51,528 nt of DNA from Blastocystis sp. subtype 4 (lineage: Eukaryota): positions 1 through 51,528 of the forward strand of contig NW_014569511.1 of the NCBI RefSeq assembly GCF_000743755.1, given 5' to 3'. The position numbers were made by a program, and so were the translations under genes. The notes under the pieces were generated by a model. That model was given only the letters and a program-made list of their open reading frames with translations, had not been told where the DNA came from and did no database searches. Shown in pieces: positions 1-11,957 of the stretch. Position 1 is the first letter of the stretch. The number at the start of each line of letters is the position of its first letter.

Positions 1-197
1 CGCTCCGAATAGTCAAGAGCACGGAATTGAGGAACTCCCTTACGAAGATGAGTATGAGCTTGGAACACTGCTCCCTTTGCTCCTTTACGCTGACCTACAT
101 GACTCGTTAGTACCTCCTTTACACAAAACTCATTCTATCAACTCAATTTTGAATTCATTCGATTCTACAAATACTCACCTCGAATCACACGACCCAT
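1..197 (-). CDS. RPL8: 60S ribosomal protein L8 (uL2), 5' part; runs off the window
   Basis: Exon 1 197-179, intron 178-95, exon 2 94-1 splice to [38 protein letters not shown], the eukaryotic uL2 N-terminus. Not in the ORF track. Confidence 0.96.
95..178 (-). other. 84-nt spliceosomal intron with TACTAAC branch point
   Basis: GTGAGT...TACTAAC (112-106)...TAG; removing it restores the uL2 frame. Confidence 0.9.
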
Positions 198-608
198 TTG
201 GAATTGATAGGTATGTCTATGAAGATATAGCGGTTGTTGGGCTGCCGAAATGGGGTTGTGAGACTGCCGAAATCGAAAGTATCAAATGGATAGGCGGTTC
301 AATCAAACTTAAGCAACTCGCAGTAAATCCAATGTTATTCTATGAATCTGTATCTAGAGTCACAATGATATAACCGCCTTGGAGAATCGTCGTTTCCGGC
401 TGCATATCACCAGCTAAAACAATATATTTTACCAAAACTAAAGAATCGTTGTTTCTACCAACAAATAGTAGAAATGAGGAAGGTGCACGTACAGCGATCA
501 TATGAAAAGCAAATTATGAATCACTATGCAGTTTTGTGGACGGACTTTGCAACAATAATCAATTCAGAATAGAAGATCGTTTGTTTGGAATATCCAGATG
601 ATTTGTAG

Positions 609-1620
609 ATGAATAGCAAGGCTGGAAAGATTGCCATTGTTGCAGGAGGAGTAATTGCTGTGGGAGCGACTCTTGCATACATTTGGAAGAAGTTCATCGA
701 TGTCGACGATGAAGAAGAAGAAGAAAAGCCAGTAATTTGTTTTACACTTTGAAGTAATTTGTAGACTGTGGCTGCTGCTGAGAAGAAGGAAGAAGACATC
801 CCCAATCTTCGTAATCTCTATAATATGTAAAGTGAATCATAGCCGTGCCCAAGAAGTTGATGATCAAGATCTTCTCGGAAATCTCCGAAAGCATGGAAAT
901 GATTATGGTTGGAGGTTGTTGAGGTTGTATGAGACATAGATGCAGCTTTCCAAGTATGAGGAGCAGTTGTCTCAGAATCCTTCCTACACACCTGAAATGA
1001 TCAATCAGGAGATCTCCAGCAAGTTAGAGCTGATGTTGACGGGTGTTGAGGAGAACATCTACCAGATGAACAATGTGAAGAAGGAGGATGTAAATGTTGC
1101 TTCTGAAATGCTTCAAAACGATCGTGACTTCAAGCGTGCCACGTATCGTATCCGTTCTATCTTCGCGATGATGCAAGGCCAGACTCCTGAGGCTCCGGAT
1201 GTATGTTTGGTTATTCAGATGAACTGTAGCTTCCTGAGTTCATGACTCTCAGTTACACCTTGGAGGTGATGAAGGAGGTGATGACAAAGGCCGGTGAAGT
1301 GATGGCTGAAGTGGTAAAGGAGACGAAGGAGAAGTCGGGAATCACGGATAATGAGGAGTTCAAGAAGCAAGTGGGTGAGAATGAGGAGTTACAGAAGACG
1401 ATCTTCGAGAGTTACATGACTCGACTGGACGAGAAGCGATTAGAGATTCTGGACCGATTCCACATTGATAAGGCTGTAAGAAGCTGTAGGAGATAGTGAA
1501 GTGTAGATTCTGCAGATTGCTATGATGTCATATCAGAATGATCCCTCATTCCAGCAAGCTATGATTGAGGTGAGTCAGAATCAGCAAAAACAGTTCCAAG
1601 AGCTTGGATTTGCTATGTAA
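609..1620 (+). CDS. Hypothetical helical protein with N-terminal transmembrane anchor (multi-exon)
   Basis: ATG 609, MNSKAGKIAIVAGGVIAVGATLAYIWKKF. ~30-nt introns join ORFs 940-1245 and 1242-1496. Ends FAM-TAA at 1620; TGTTTGTT at 1652-1659. Confidence 0.8.
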
Positions 1621-1698
1621 GGATTGATTTATATACATTCTTGTGTATACATGTTTGTTTATGAATCCTATCTTCTCCCAGAAGACTAGAAGAATTGA

Positions 1699-1706
1699 AA
1701 CAAACA
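1699..1706 (-). terminator. TGTTTGTT polyadenylation-associated motif of the ABCA gene
   Basis: AAG TAA CC TGTTTGTT: the T of the stop codon is 5 nt upstream of the motif. Confidence 0.8.
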
Positions 1707-1708
1707 GG

Positions 1709-4700
1709 TTACTTTGGTTTTATCTGTACACCTTGAATATGTTGTGTTTCTTCCTCCTGTTGAGAGGCAAAGAAGTTGAATATTTGTTCTAGCGTCATCT
1801 GAGCAATGGAATATTCTTCAACACTACAATTACGTTTTACTTCTTCCATAAATGAAAACACTTCTGAGAGTTTCATTCCCTTTGTGTCCACACGCAATGT
1901 CACTAATAACCCATGTCGTTCAAGTAACTCCACACTTGCAAACCGTTCCTCGAGGAAATCCATAAAGTCAATAAAACGTACTTCAGTAATCCACCAATCA
2001 ATCAGTGCATCCACTATTCATAAGTTCTTCATATCAGATATACAAGAAACTAATCCTTTCTTATTCAACTCAGCATCAATCACCCAACCACTTCCATTCA
2101 CGGATATCTCTTCATTCTAATCATGAAACTCTCTTATCACTCTTACCAGATCTGCTGTCTCCAGTACCGTAAGAATCTCCTTCACTTCCTCTCGAGTGAC
2201 CACTTCCTTCCGTATTTCCAGCTGCTCCTCGATGTCCTGAACCTCTTCGTCTGTAGGTTCTTTGAACTTACTGTTCAGTGTGTATCCATGACCAAATTTC
2301 GACTTCAAATCCTGGATAGTACCAAAACAGCGCAGACGACCACCCACCATGATTCCTACTTTAGTGCACAGAGCTTCAGCTTCCTCCATGGAATGTGTCG
2401 TGATGATAATGGTACATTCCTTACGTTTTGCAGACACCGTGCTAATGATATCCCAGAGAGCACGTCGTGACACAGGATCCATACCAGTAGAAGGTTCATC
2501 CATTAGAACCAGAGGAGGATTACCAATCAGAGCTTGAGCTACTGACAGTTTACGCTTATTCCCTCCTGAAAGTGAGTTCGCCTTCTTATTCTCATATTGT
2601 TTGATTCCCATATCATTCATACGATATTCAATCACATCATTCATATCCTCAAGTGGCACTCCTTTCACTCGAGCAAATAACTCCAAATGTTCACGTACTG
2701 TAAGCAGATCCAAGAGAGCATGACTTTGAGGGCACATTCCTAGTAAACGACGCACTTTCACAGGCTCTTTCATCATATCCAAACCACACAGAATGGCAGT
2801 TCCTTTGGTTGGAGCATTCTCTCCAGAAATCATTGAAAAAGTGGTTGTTTTTCCAGCTCCATTTATACCCAGTAATCCAAAGCATTGTCCTTTCGCCAAA
2901 CCAAATGTGATTCGGTCAACCGCAACCTTTTCACCGTTATAAACTTTACGAAGTCGTTTCAATTGAATTACATCATCCTTTGCTTTGCCACTCATAACTC
3001 GTTCTTCTTCTCGAGCAACATCGTCGTCGACTTCCTGAGATCGATTCACGTTAATGTCCTTTCGAGAGAACCACTTCTTCACCTTTGAATCATTTGTAAG
3101 ATAATCTAGCAGGATTGCAAGTCCCATATAAATAACTGTCTCACAAGCCAAGTAGGTCAGTGAATAGCCAATTCCATCAAATGAGATTGGTTCAGGTGTA
3201 CCTGAAGAGATGTTGATCGATCCATTGTAGTAATAATCACAGATTTGATCGAATAAGAACATCGCTGAAAGCATACTCAGTCGCATCATTCCTATGCCTA
3301 ATGCAAAACCAGGGAACAAATAGAAGAGAACATAGTTCAGAACACGAGCAGTACGACATGTATCTTCTATTGCTGTCATGATAAAGCTAGCTAACTCCAT
3401 AATCACACAGAGAATGTTGATGAAGAGAGTCTAATTGTTAGTAAGGAGCAGATTTAGACAGTCATGCTCACACTCACACTCATCATATCAGTCACATCAC
3501 CCTTATTAAACATGATCACACTCATCACATCATTCACACAGCCTCACATCACTTCTCACCTACCACAATCAGTCCAATTGTGTGACTCTTAAACAAGAAC
3601 TGGATACAAGACACGAAAGCAGTTGAAGCAGTTCCATACAAGAACAGCAATAGAATCAAAGCAGGGGCCTTTCCATCCTTTAAATAGTCATCCATGCCAT
3701 ATAACCACATCAACAAGACTTCCAAGACAACGACCACACAATAAGTAAGAGTATCCCACAAGAATTCTGATAACCAGTATGCAGGAATCGACATACCGCT
3801 TATGATTTCTTGATGCTTCATTCCAACCTCACGCTCTTTCACTAAAAACAGAACAATATACGCAGGAACAAATGCAAGTGCTACCACAATATCTTGTGAG
3901 ATGCCCAATGATACAGCTTGTGATGTGACTTCTTGTGTTGCTTGATTGAGAGGCAAAGGATGGTTATTCACGGTGATATCATAACTATCATCATTCTTCT
4001 TTGTACGCCATAAAGCTGTGTCTATTGTATTCAACATGATTGGTGTTGCATGAGGTGAAGTCGTATTCGCAAGGAAATATAGAGATACTTGATTTAATGT
4101 GAAGTTTAATTGTGAAGGGAATAAGCCATGATAACATGAATCACTATGATTTGCTCGATCATCCAAAAGGAAGCGAGACATAGCTAACACTTCAAATTGT
4201 GCATCTGTTGGTGAGTTATACTACACTTAAATGATCTTATTCATTGTTACTGGGTCATGACACCAGAGGTATTTGTTCAAAGTCTCACACACTTCAGGAG
4301 TACGTAGCAATGACAGATTGGTATACTGAGGTCGCATCCGATCATCGGGCAAATGGTTCATTAGCATTTGAGTATCATCGTAATAACCATTCTCATTCCA
4401 TATTACACGACTTCGCATGGTCATATCTCCTTCATCATTCTGATTGTAATACTGTGTGTTCATTGTATAGGAAGGAACATTTGTCATACTGAATATCACT
4501 TTAACCATGGTAAAGACAAATGCAGTAAATACAGCCGGAATCAGCAATTCCATAATGAACATCTTTTTGTCTCGTAATGCATAGTTCATTCGTTTGCGGA
4601 AATTAGCCGCAAAATGTCGGAAGAACAGGTTTTGTTGAATATCGCTTGTAGTTCGTGTGAAATCCTTTCGGTTCATCTTTTCTTCTTCCTCTGTTTGATC

Positions 4701-7700
4701 TACAAGAAGATGTTTGGCTCCTTCAGCACATGATACTCCCTGCTCATTCATTGATCGTTTGTTACGAAGAGAATGAGCAAATTCACGATCAACCACCTTA
4801 GCACTATTTAAGAAGACTTCTTCCATTGTAGTAACAGATACTCCGTAAGTATTCAGATGCAAGTCATTAAGCCGATCATCAAGCTCCCTAAATAGAGGAA
4901 CAAAGCAATCAGAAGCACTGAATGGCAATTGGAATGTCATCTCAGCTCCAACATTTGTGAGCAGAGAAGCCGATGGGATCTAGGTGTCAAATGAGAGAGT
5001 TAGGGTAACATGACTCTTCACATAGGCTTCAATGAGAGAAGCATTGGCATTCTCCTGTTTCACAATTGTCAAATTGTATCCAACTCCAAACTGATGCTTG
5101 AGGTAATGGGAAGTACCACAGGTAAACATTTGACCATCTAGCTTGATAACCAACACTCATTCTTACCGCTCATAATACCAATTCGATCACCTAACAGATC
5201 AGCTTCATCCATAAAATGGGTTGTGAGAATGATCACACGATCCTCACGATAATTACGTAAGAGATTCCAGATCATACGACGAGAATATGGATCCATTCCA
5301 CTTGTAGGTTCATCGAGGAACACAACCTTGCTGTTGCCAATTAGAGACATCGCCACAGACAGCTTACGTTTCTGACCACCTGACAATGTCTTTGAATACT
5401 TGTCAATCTTCTCTGTTAGACCAACATCATAAACCAAAGTCTGAATGCGCTGGTTAATCTCACTCTTCGGTACATTCTGAAGACGAGCAGCAATATACAG
5501 ATGCTCCCGAACTAAGCATTAGTTCTCATGATATCATTGCAAACCAGTCAGATTATCCCACAGAATATCAAATTGAGGGCACACAGCCATCATGTTACGA
5601 ATTGTTGGCATGTCTTCATTTATGCTCAGACCATATACCTTAGCAGTTCCACCTAGACCTCATCAGTCTTAAGTCCTTCTACTTGTCGCTGGAATCATTC
5701 CACAAAGCATCGAGATCGCAGTCGTCTTTCCAGCACCTACGAATAATGTCCTCATCTCATTCTTACCATTATGTCCCAATAAACAGAAGATTTGTCCTTC
5801 ATACATTGTCACATTCAAGTCATTCACTGCTATCTTAGGTCCAACTGGAGTATCAAAGACCTTATACAAACCTTCAATTGACACAGTACGTTCTTCTTCA
5901 CCCAACTTCTGTAAATCTTTCCCTACTTCCTCGATATACCGTTTATCCAGGTGTCTACTTCTCAATCATTCTCATCATTACTACTGTTCGTCTGGATTCT
6001 TCTCAATCTTGTGATGTTTCTGAATCATCTCTCCTTTCCAATACGCTTTAGTGAATAAGAAATACCATGGTTGTGTGAGACCATATTCCTTAGGAATCAC
6101 TTGATCGAAATATCGACCCAGCAAATAATAAATGATTGAATCGACAAACATGAAGATTAGTGAATCGATCACACGGTATCCCTTGATACTCATCAGCAGA
6201 GTACCGAACTGAAGACCTGTTGTTTCAGCTTCTAATGATGCAATTCGTTCGATTCCCATGGAAAAAGCGAGAGTGCTATCAAAGCTTAACCCGATCATTA
6301 GACCTCGAGACACATTGTTTGCCACTAGAATGAAACAATGAATCATAGTACTTACATAAAACAGAAGGAACATATGTAAGGAAGATAATGAGCACTCCTA
6401 AAAGACCAGCTGTTTTTGCACGTGAGAAGAAAGAAGTAATCAGATAACAGAGCATAATGAGTGATAAGGCGAATCCAAAGAAAAACAGCATGAGTAGAAG
6501 AATGTTTGAGTATTCAAAGACTGGATACAACACTAAGCCACAACCGACACAGATCAGAATGAATTCAAGAATATAGAGTATAAGCCAAGACCACACAAGA
6601 GCCAAATCACGTAACCCCTGCTCATAAAAATCATCGAATGATCAGTACCATCGTTTTAAGTGTTTCTCGGATTCCTCGTTCTTTCTCAGTAACAACATTT
6701 CGTAAGATCCAGAAACAAGGATAGAGGAACGTAATTAGGAAGAAAATTGGATACAACATTCCAATCAGATCAAAGAACTCACTCTCTCTCTAAGGATTAG
6801 AAATCTTATGATCACTCACATAAGCATCTGTAGGAAAAGGAACAGACTTCACACTCTGAGGCATATAATCTTGTTCTCGAATGAATGCTTCACCATAAGG
6901 TTTCATCTCTTCTAATTCTTCATCTGATAACATGTTCAGCCATTGCTTGGCTAATGTTTCGTACTGAATATGATTGGTTCTCTTCAGACCTACTTTGTCT
7001 TTAAGAGAGAATGAACGTAGTACAGCACTACGCACTTGGTAAGCAGAACGAGATATATTCCGTTTCTCTCCAATCAAATAACGATCAACCGAACGTTGAA
7101 AGGACGCATAACCAGGAAGATACTTTCCTTTGATCTCGATCTGTTCATCCTCATCACTAAAATACGAATCTATTTGAGAATAAACTCTGATTACCAACCT
7201 AACGAGTCATATGTGAGAATGTTTGAACGAATGTAACTGGTTAGTCCAGAAGAACTCATTCGCTTTTGATAGTCGTTCATTAAACTAGAATTGAGAGTTA
7301 GTTTCATTTGTACAATTCCTCAGAATACATGGTGGGAACATCAACCTGGTTTGGACGAATTGTATAGGTCCAGTTCTTTCGATCTTCCGAGATCGTTCGA
7401 ATGAAGGAAGTTTAGAATGCAATGATTAGGATATGAATCGAAATTGATAGCAACGTAGATATCAGGAATTGAAGGATTGTAACCAATATCAGAAGTTGAT
7501 AAGTACTCTTCCACTTCTTCATCGTCCTTCATAAAACGTACATACTGACATAGATTAGGAACATTCATAAACGACAATTCTGGCATTTTCTCAGGCCACA
7601 GATCTGCAGCAGGGAATCCTGGATTGTTATCACACCACCACTCGACAAAGTTTCTAGTATCCGTATTGTCGGGTGTTACAACGATAATCTTGTTACTCTC

Positions 7701-8047
7701 ACGAAGCGTATAAGCCATGTTGCCAATCTCCATATTGGTAAAAACATCCTCGGGATATCTATTCTAAGAGATCAACAGAGACTGCTACGCTTTTGCTGGA
7801 ATAAAGTCCAATGTTAACAGAGAGTAAATCCACAGAATGATGGTTGAGATAGCGATGGGTAAAAGCTAAGGATCAGCGTCCAATTCGAGTTCTACAATTT
7901 CCAGTAAAAAGGAAATAGGCCGACGGATCTTCTCCAACCACACCTTATACATCATCAGATTGAAGTTGGATAAGAAGCTGGTCTTTCCTCCTATAGTATT
8001 AGTTACTACACAAATAGACTAGTACGCTTGCTAACGTTCTTTGACAT
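1709..8047 (-). CDS. ABC transporter subfamily A, full transporter (multi-exon)
   Basis: Two NBDs (GHNGAGKTT / [12 protein letters not shown] / [10 protein letters not shown] and GINGAGKTT / [12 protein letters not shown] / [10 protein letters not shown]), two TMDs with large extracellular loops, ABCA-type N-terminus ([20 protein letters not shown]) and C-terminus ([12 protein letters not shown]). Start inferred at ATG 8047. Confidence 0.93.
3431..3563 (-). other. 133-nt intron in ABCA, rich in TGA/GTGA repeats, with TACTAAC branch point
   Basis: GTAGGT...TACTAAC (3443-3437) AATTAG; splicing joins IGLIV to TLFINIL in frame. Confidence 0.8.
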
Positions 8048-8228
8048 AGAGAAAAAGTGTCTGTCATCTTCTGTGCGGAATAAGTGCGTTTCATTATTAT
8101 TACCAACAAACAGAAAAAAACACAACAAAATGAAACGAAGCAGTAACAAAAGCAATGAAACTAAAGACAAGAACACAAAAGACAAGAACAAAAAGAAGAC
8201 AGAAAAGGCTTATTGAAAGGAAGAAAGC

Positions 8229-8891
8229 TTATTTAATTTGGGTATAACATGCAGCACACTTGCAGAAGCATGAAACTTTGAACATCCATCCGTGATAACT
8301 GACGCTACAAATCAATGCTTGTACTTCAGACCAACCAATTGCAGGTGGCGAACCGTACTCAGGACACACAAAAAGCGAGTATTCGGTTTGCACAGGACTA
8401 CCATCATGAGAGTCTGTGTCCTCGATTACTGATTGCGACTCTGTACTACTCCCCATAAATTTCGAGTATTCTCTACATCTTATGATATAATCACTAATCT
8501 ACTTAAACGGAGAGGCAGGATTCAGAAATGGACTGCTCTGATTCTGCATTAAGGAATCTGTATCACCGTCACGTGTCTGCTGATCATATCAGAACTCAAG
8601 GATTACATCAATGCAAATGCTCAGTTTGCGGCTCTTTGATCGCCGTTCAATATAATTCTAGTGTGAAACCAACCATCTATGTCTACTAATTCCTCTGATG
8701 GATATCGCGTCATAATGTCGTTGAGAGAGACTGAGCGTTGTTTCTTATGACAAAGCAGATCTGATCATCCACTTCTTCTCAAACAACTTACTTCTGAAGT
8801 TCTCACGTATTTCTCCTTCAGACATTTCTTCCGTAATAGTCTCATCTGCTGTATTTGAAGAAAGATCTGATTGGCGTCTCACAACGGACAT
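8229..8891 (-). CDS. Hypothetical Ser/acidic-rich protein (about 5 exons)
   Basis: MSVVRRQSDLSS... joins ORF 8229-8456 in frame through four ~30-nt GT-AG introns. U-rich 3' UTR with TGTTTGTT near 8112-8105. Start uncertain. Confidence 0.6.
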
Positions 8892-9281
8892 CCTTCTAAG
8901 TCATCACATTCTATCTCGGATACATACAGGCTATCACTATGGTCCTTCTCCTATCTAGAAAAACATGACTAAGAGAAGGAACCGCGGGAATTTCTAATAT
9001 TCTATTGTGTTTGAGTATCATTTCTCGTATTTCATTTTCAGAAACATGGAGACAGATGAAATTGAAATGCTGAGGAACGTCAAGTTGGGTTTGAGTCTTA
9101 TGCTCAACAAATAGAGAATCGATTGTAGCGCTATCATGTGTAATAGATTCAATGAAAGCAGATGTTCAACAGATGGAAACTTCTCTGAATACTGTATCAT
9201 CGATAACAGAAAAATGGAAGAGTTTGTTGCGGCAAACAACATCGAAACAATAGTATTTATAAACAAAGAAACAAACTATGT

Positions 9282-11822
9282 CTATTGGATCTCTTTGTTA
9301 TTCTGATACACCCCTTCGTGCAAAATTTTGCCATTACTATTAAGAATACAACCTTTTCCATTTCTCAATCCATCCTTAAACAACCCGATGAAATAACGTC
9401 CATCTCCATATCTGAATTTCCCTGTTCCATCCTTCTGACCATTTACCCATGACCCTTCATAACTTGTACCGTCTCCATAGAAGAATCTGCCAAAACCATG
9501 AGGAACGTCATTCTTCCATTCACCCTCATATTCAATTTCACCCTGTTCACTAAATTGGGTCCCTTTTCCACATCGACGGTAATTCTCGACCATTCCTTCA
9601 TAATGCGTTCCATTCTTCAGATACAGTTTACCCTCACCACTAGCTATATCATTCTTCCATTCTCCCTCATATACCAACGTACCTTCAGCATCATACTGTT
9701 TTCCTTGACCATTTCGCTTATCATTCTCCCATGATCCATCATATTTGCTTCCATCATCCCAGATAAACACTCCCTGGCCATTTTTCACACCATCTTCAAA
9801 ATGACCTTTATAGGATCGTCCATCTGTCCAGACTAAGTATCCCTCACCTCGAATCACTCCATTATCAAAATTTCCTTCATAAAAATGACCAAGAGAATAA
9901 AACAATTTGCCATGTCCATTTCTCTGATCATTTTTGAAACTACCAGCATATAGAAGACGAGTCTCATTTGTATATTCTTTCCCTTCACCATCTCGCTTCC
10001 CATTTCGGAAATTCCCAATGTAAATGAGATCTCCATCCTCGCTGTATAACTGGCCATATCCATGAAATAATCCATTTAAGAACTCTCCTTCATAATGAAT
10101 TCCTTTTCCTGCATAGTATTGAATTCCATGTCCATAGTATCCATTGGCATCAAATCCTCCTTCATAAAGGAGACAGCCATGATGATCGTATTCAACACCA
10201 GAACCCAATCGTATTCCATTCTCATAGTGATAAACAGAACGCAAAACATGATTCAAATCGAAACATTTAACCTCCTTATCAAATTCATTCTTCACAAATC
10301 TTCCTTCATACCAATTCTCTCCAATTCGTAATCGTCCCAATCCATGACGTAATCCCTCATCAAAACAACCATTATACAGTAATTCCCCTTGTTCATCATA
10401 TTCCTTCCCTAGACCTGATCGTTTCTCATTTCTGAGAGTTCCTTCATAGCATATTTGTCCATTTTGGTAGTGTGTTCTGTAAACGCCTTCTACAAGGGTT
10501 CCTTTCTCAAATTGACCACGAATAATTTCAGAGTTTGATACAATCAGTTCTCCAAATCCTTCTCGCATTCCATTTCGATAGCTTCCACGATAAATCACAT
10601 TCCCTTCGTCCAACTCCTCTCCAACTCCATCAAATGCATCATTCTTAAATAGACCACGATATACTAACTCTCCGAAGTGATATAATTTGCCAAATCCACA
10701 TCGTTTCCCCTGTATCATCTCTCCTTCATAAGTGTACTCTTGTGATGGTCCACTTGAGATGAATGTCTGGATGAAATGCATGTATCCTGACACACAGAAG
10801 GATGAAGAGATAGTGAATGAGGAGACAGGAGTCGAGGGGAAGAGAGAACGAAGGTGCTGGAGGAGTGAAGAATGAGGAAGCGTACCTGTAACCAGGATAT
10901 GAAGAAGAGACTTGGAGGTATTTCTACATTGATTCATACAAGTCTCAATAGATATCTGTAGAGAAGGAAAGAGAGATGTGATGACTGAAGACATCATAGG
11001 AGACGTCACATAGACTTCAGACTCTTCTGAAGAATGATTTGGATCAGAAGAAATAGACACAGAATCTGTATCCCTAAGAGAGAGAAGATGTGAGTGAATG
11101 AGTTCTTTCGAGCAAGAAACGTGTTCAACTAGGGAAGTAACTACGGACTGCTCTGAAAATGATGTTGCTTCTTCCCATACACAGAGTGGTTTCACATTAG
11201 AATGAAAGGAGACACATGATATAAAGGACGATTCTTTGCCAGTAAGAATTACAAGAACACATCCCTTGGTTGGGAGTGGATCCAAATATGAACAAGCATA
11301 CAAGGTACCTTCATCAATTACAGATACATGCAAGAATCCACAATCCGATATAGCTTCCTCGATTAAGAAAGAATAGCCACGATATATATCCATCGAACAA
11401 CATACCAGCAAATTATCCACGGTTTCGATGCCCCAAGACTGATATTTTGCCTTTAGATCCATCACAAGATGATGTATAGGCAACACTTTTTCTTGCTCAT
11501 CATCTAGGGATTAGTTGAAGCCAAATCTCGAACTCTCAGACTGTGAATCCGATGATGAATTACTAAAAACGGGGTGATGCAAGAAATCAGAGATGGTATT
11601 CAACAGACAATAGTTCTGAAGTAAATCCACAAAATGTGTTGCATCGAATCCAAAAAGATATTTATACGAACAATCATCCTTAATGAAAACCGATTTCAAC
11701 GGTTGTTGATGAAAACCTAATACATCGTAAGAAGAGCCCGTTATTCCTTTTTGAATGATGCAACTTGACACATCATCTCCTTTGAAAAGAATACAAAGTG
11801 TTGAATCTTTGAGACAGTTCAT
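9282..11822 (-). CDS. MORN-repeat protein with degenerate Hsp70/actin-like N-terminal domain
   Basis: C-terminal ~480 aa are tandem YEGxWxNxxxxGxG MORN repeats. N-terminal VSVIDEGTLYACSY and VLVILTGKESSFIS resemble Hsp70 NBD motifs. One short intron joins ORF 11511-11825. Confidence 0.85.
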
Positions 11823-11957
11823 CAAGGAGAAACTTAGAGGTACAGATAACTGATCGTTTCAGGTATTTCTTTTATAGGTATAGTTAAACTTTACTTATGT
11901 TTGTCTTTGTGCTTTTATTTCCGGGGTTTGCCTAAGAGGATTCCCTGTTGGTAACCT

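Noticed and set aside
77..373. ORF-track 98-aa + strand ORF
   Set aside because: Antisense to RPL8 exons, intron and promoter; no recognisable motif.
3470..3550. C/D snoRNA in the long ABCA intron (GTGATGA, ATGATGA and CTGA on the - strand)
   Set aside because: Boxes lie in low-complexity TGA repeats, C-to-D spacing is too short, and I saw no terminal stem or rRNA guide. Small-RNA data would be needed.
8100..8228. A-rich tract and the short Lys-rich or hydrophobic ORFs at 8006-8216
   Set aside because: U-rich 3' UTR of the - strand gene ending at 8229.
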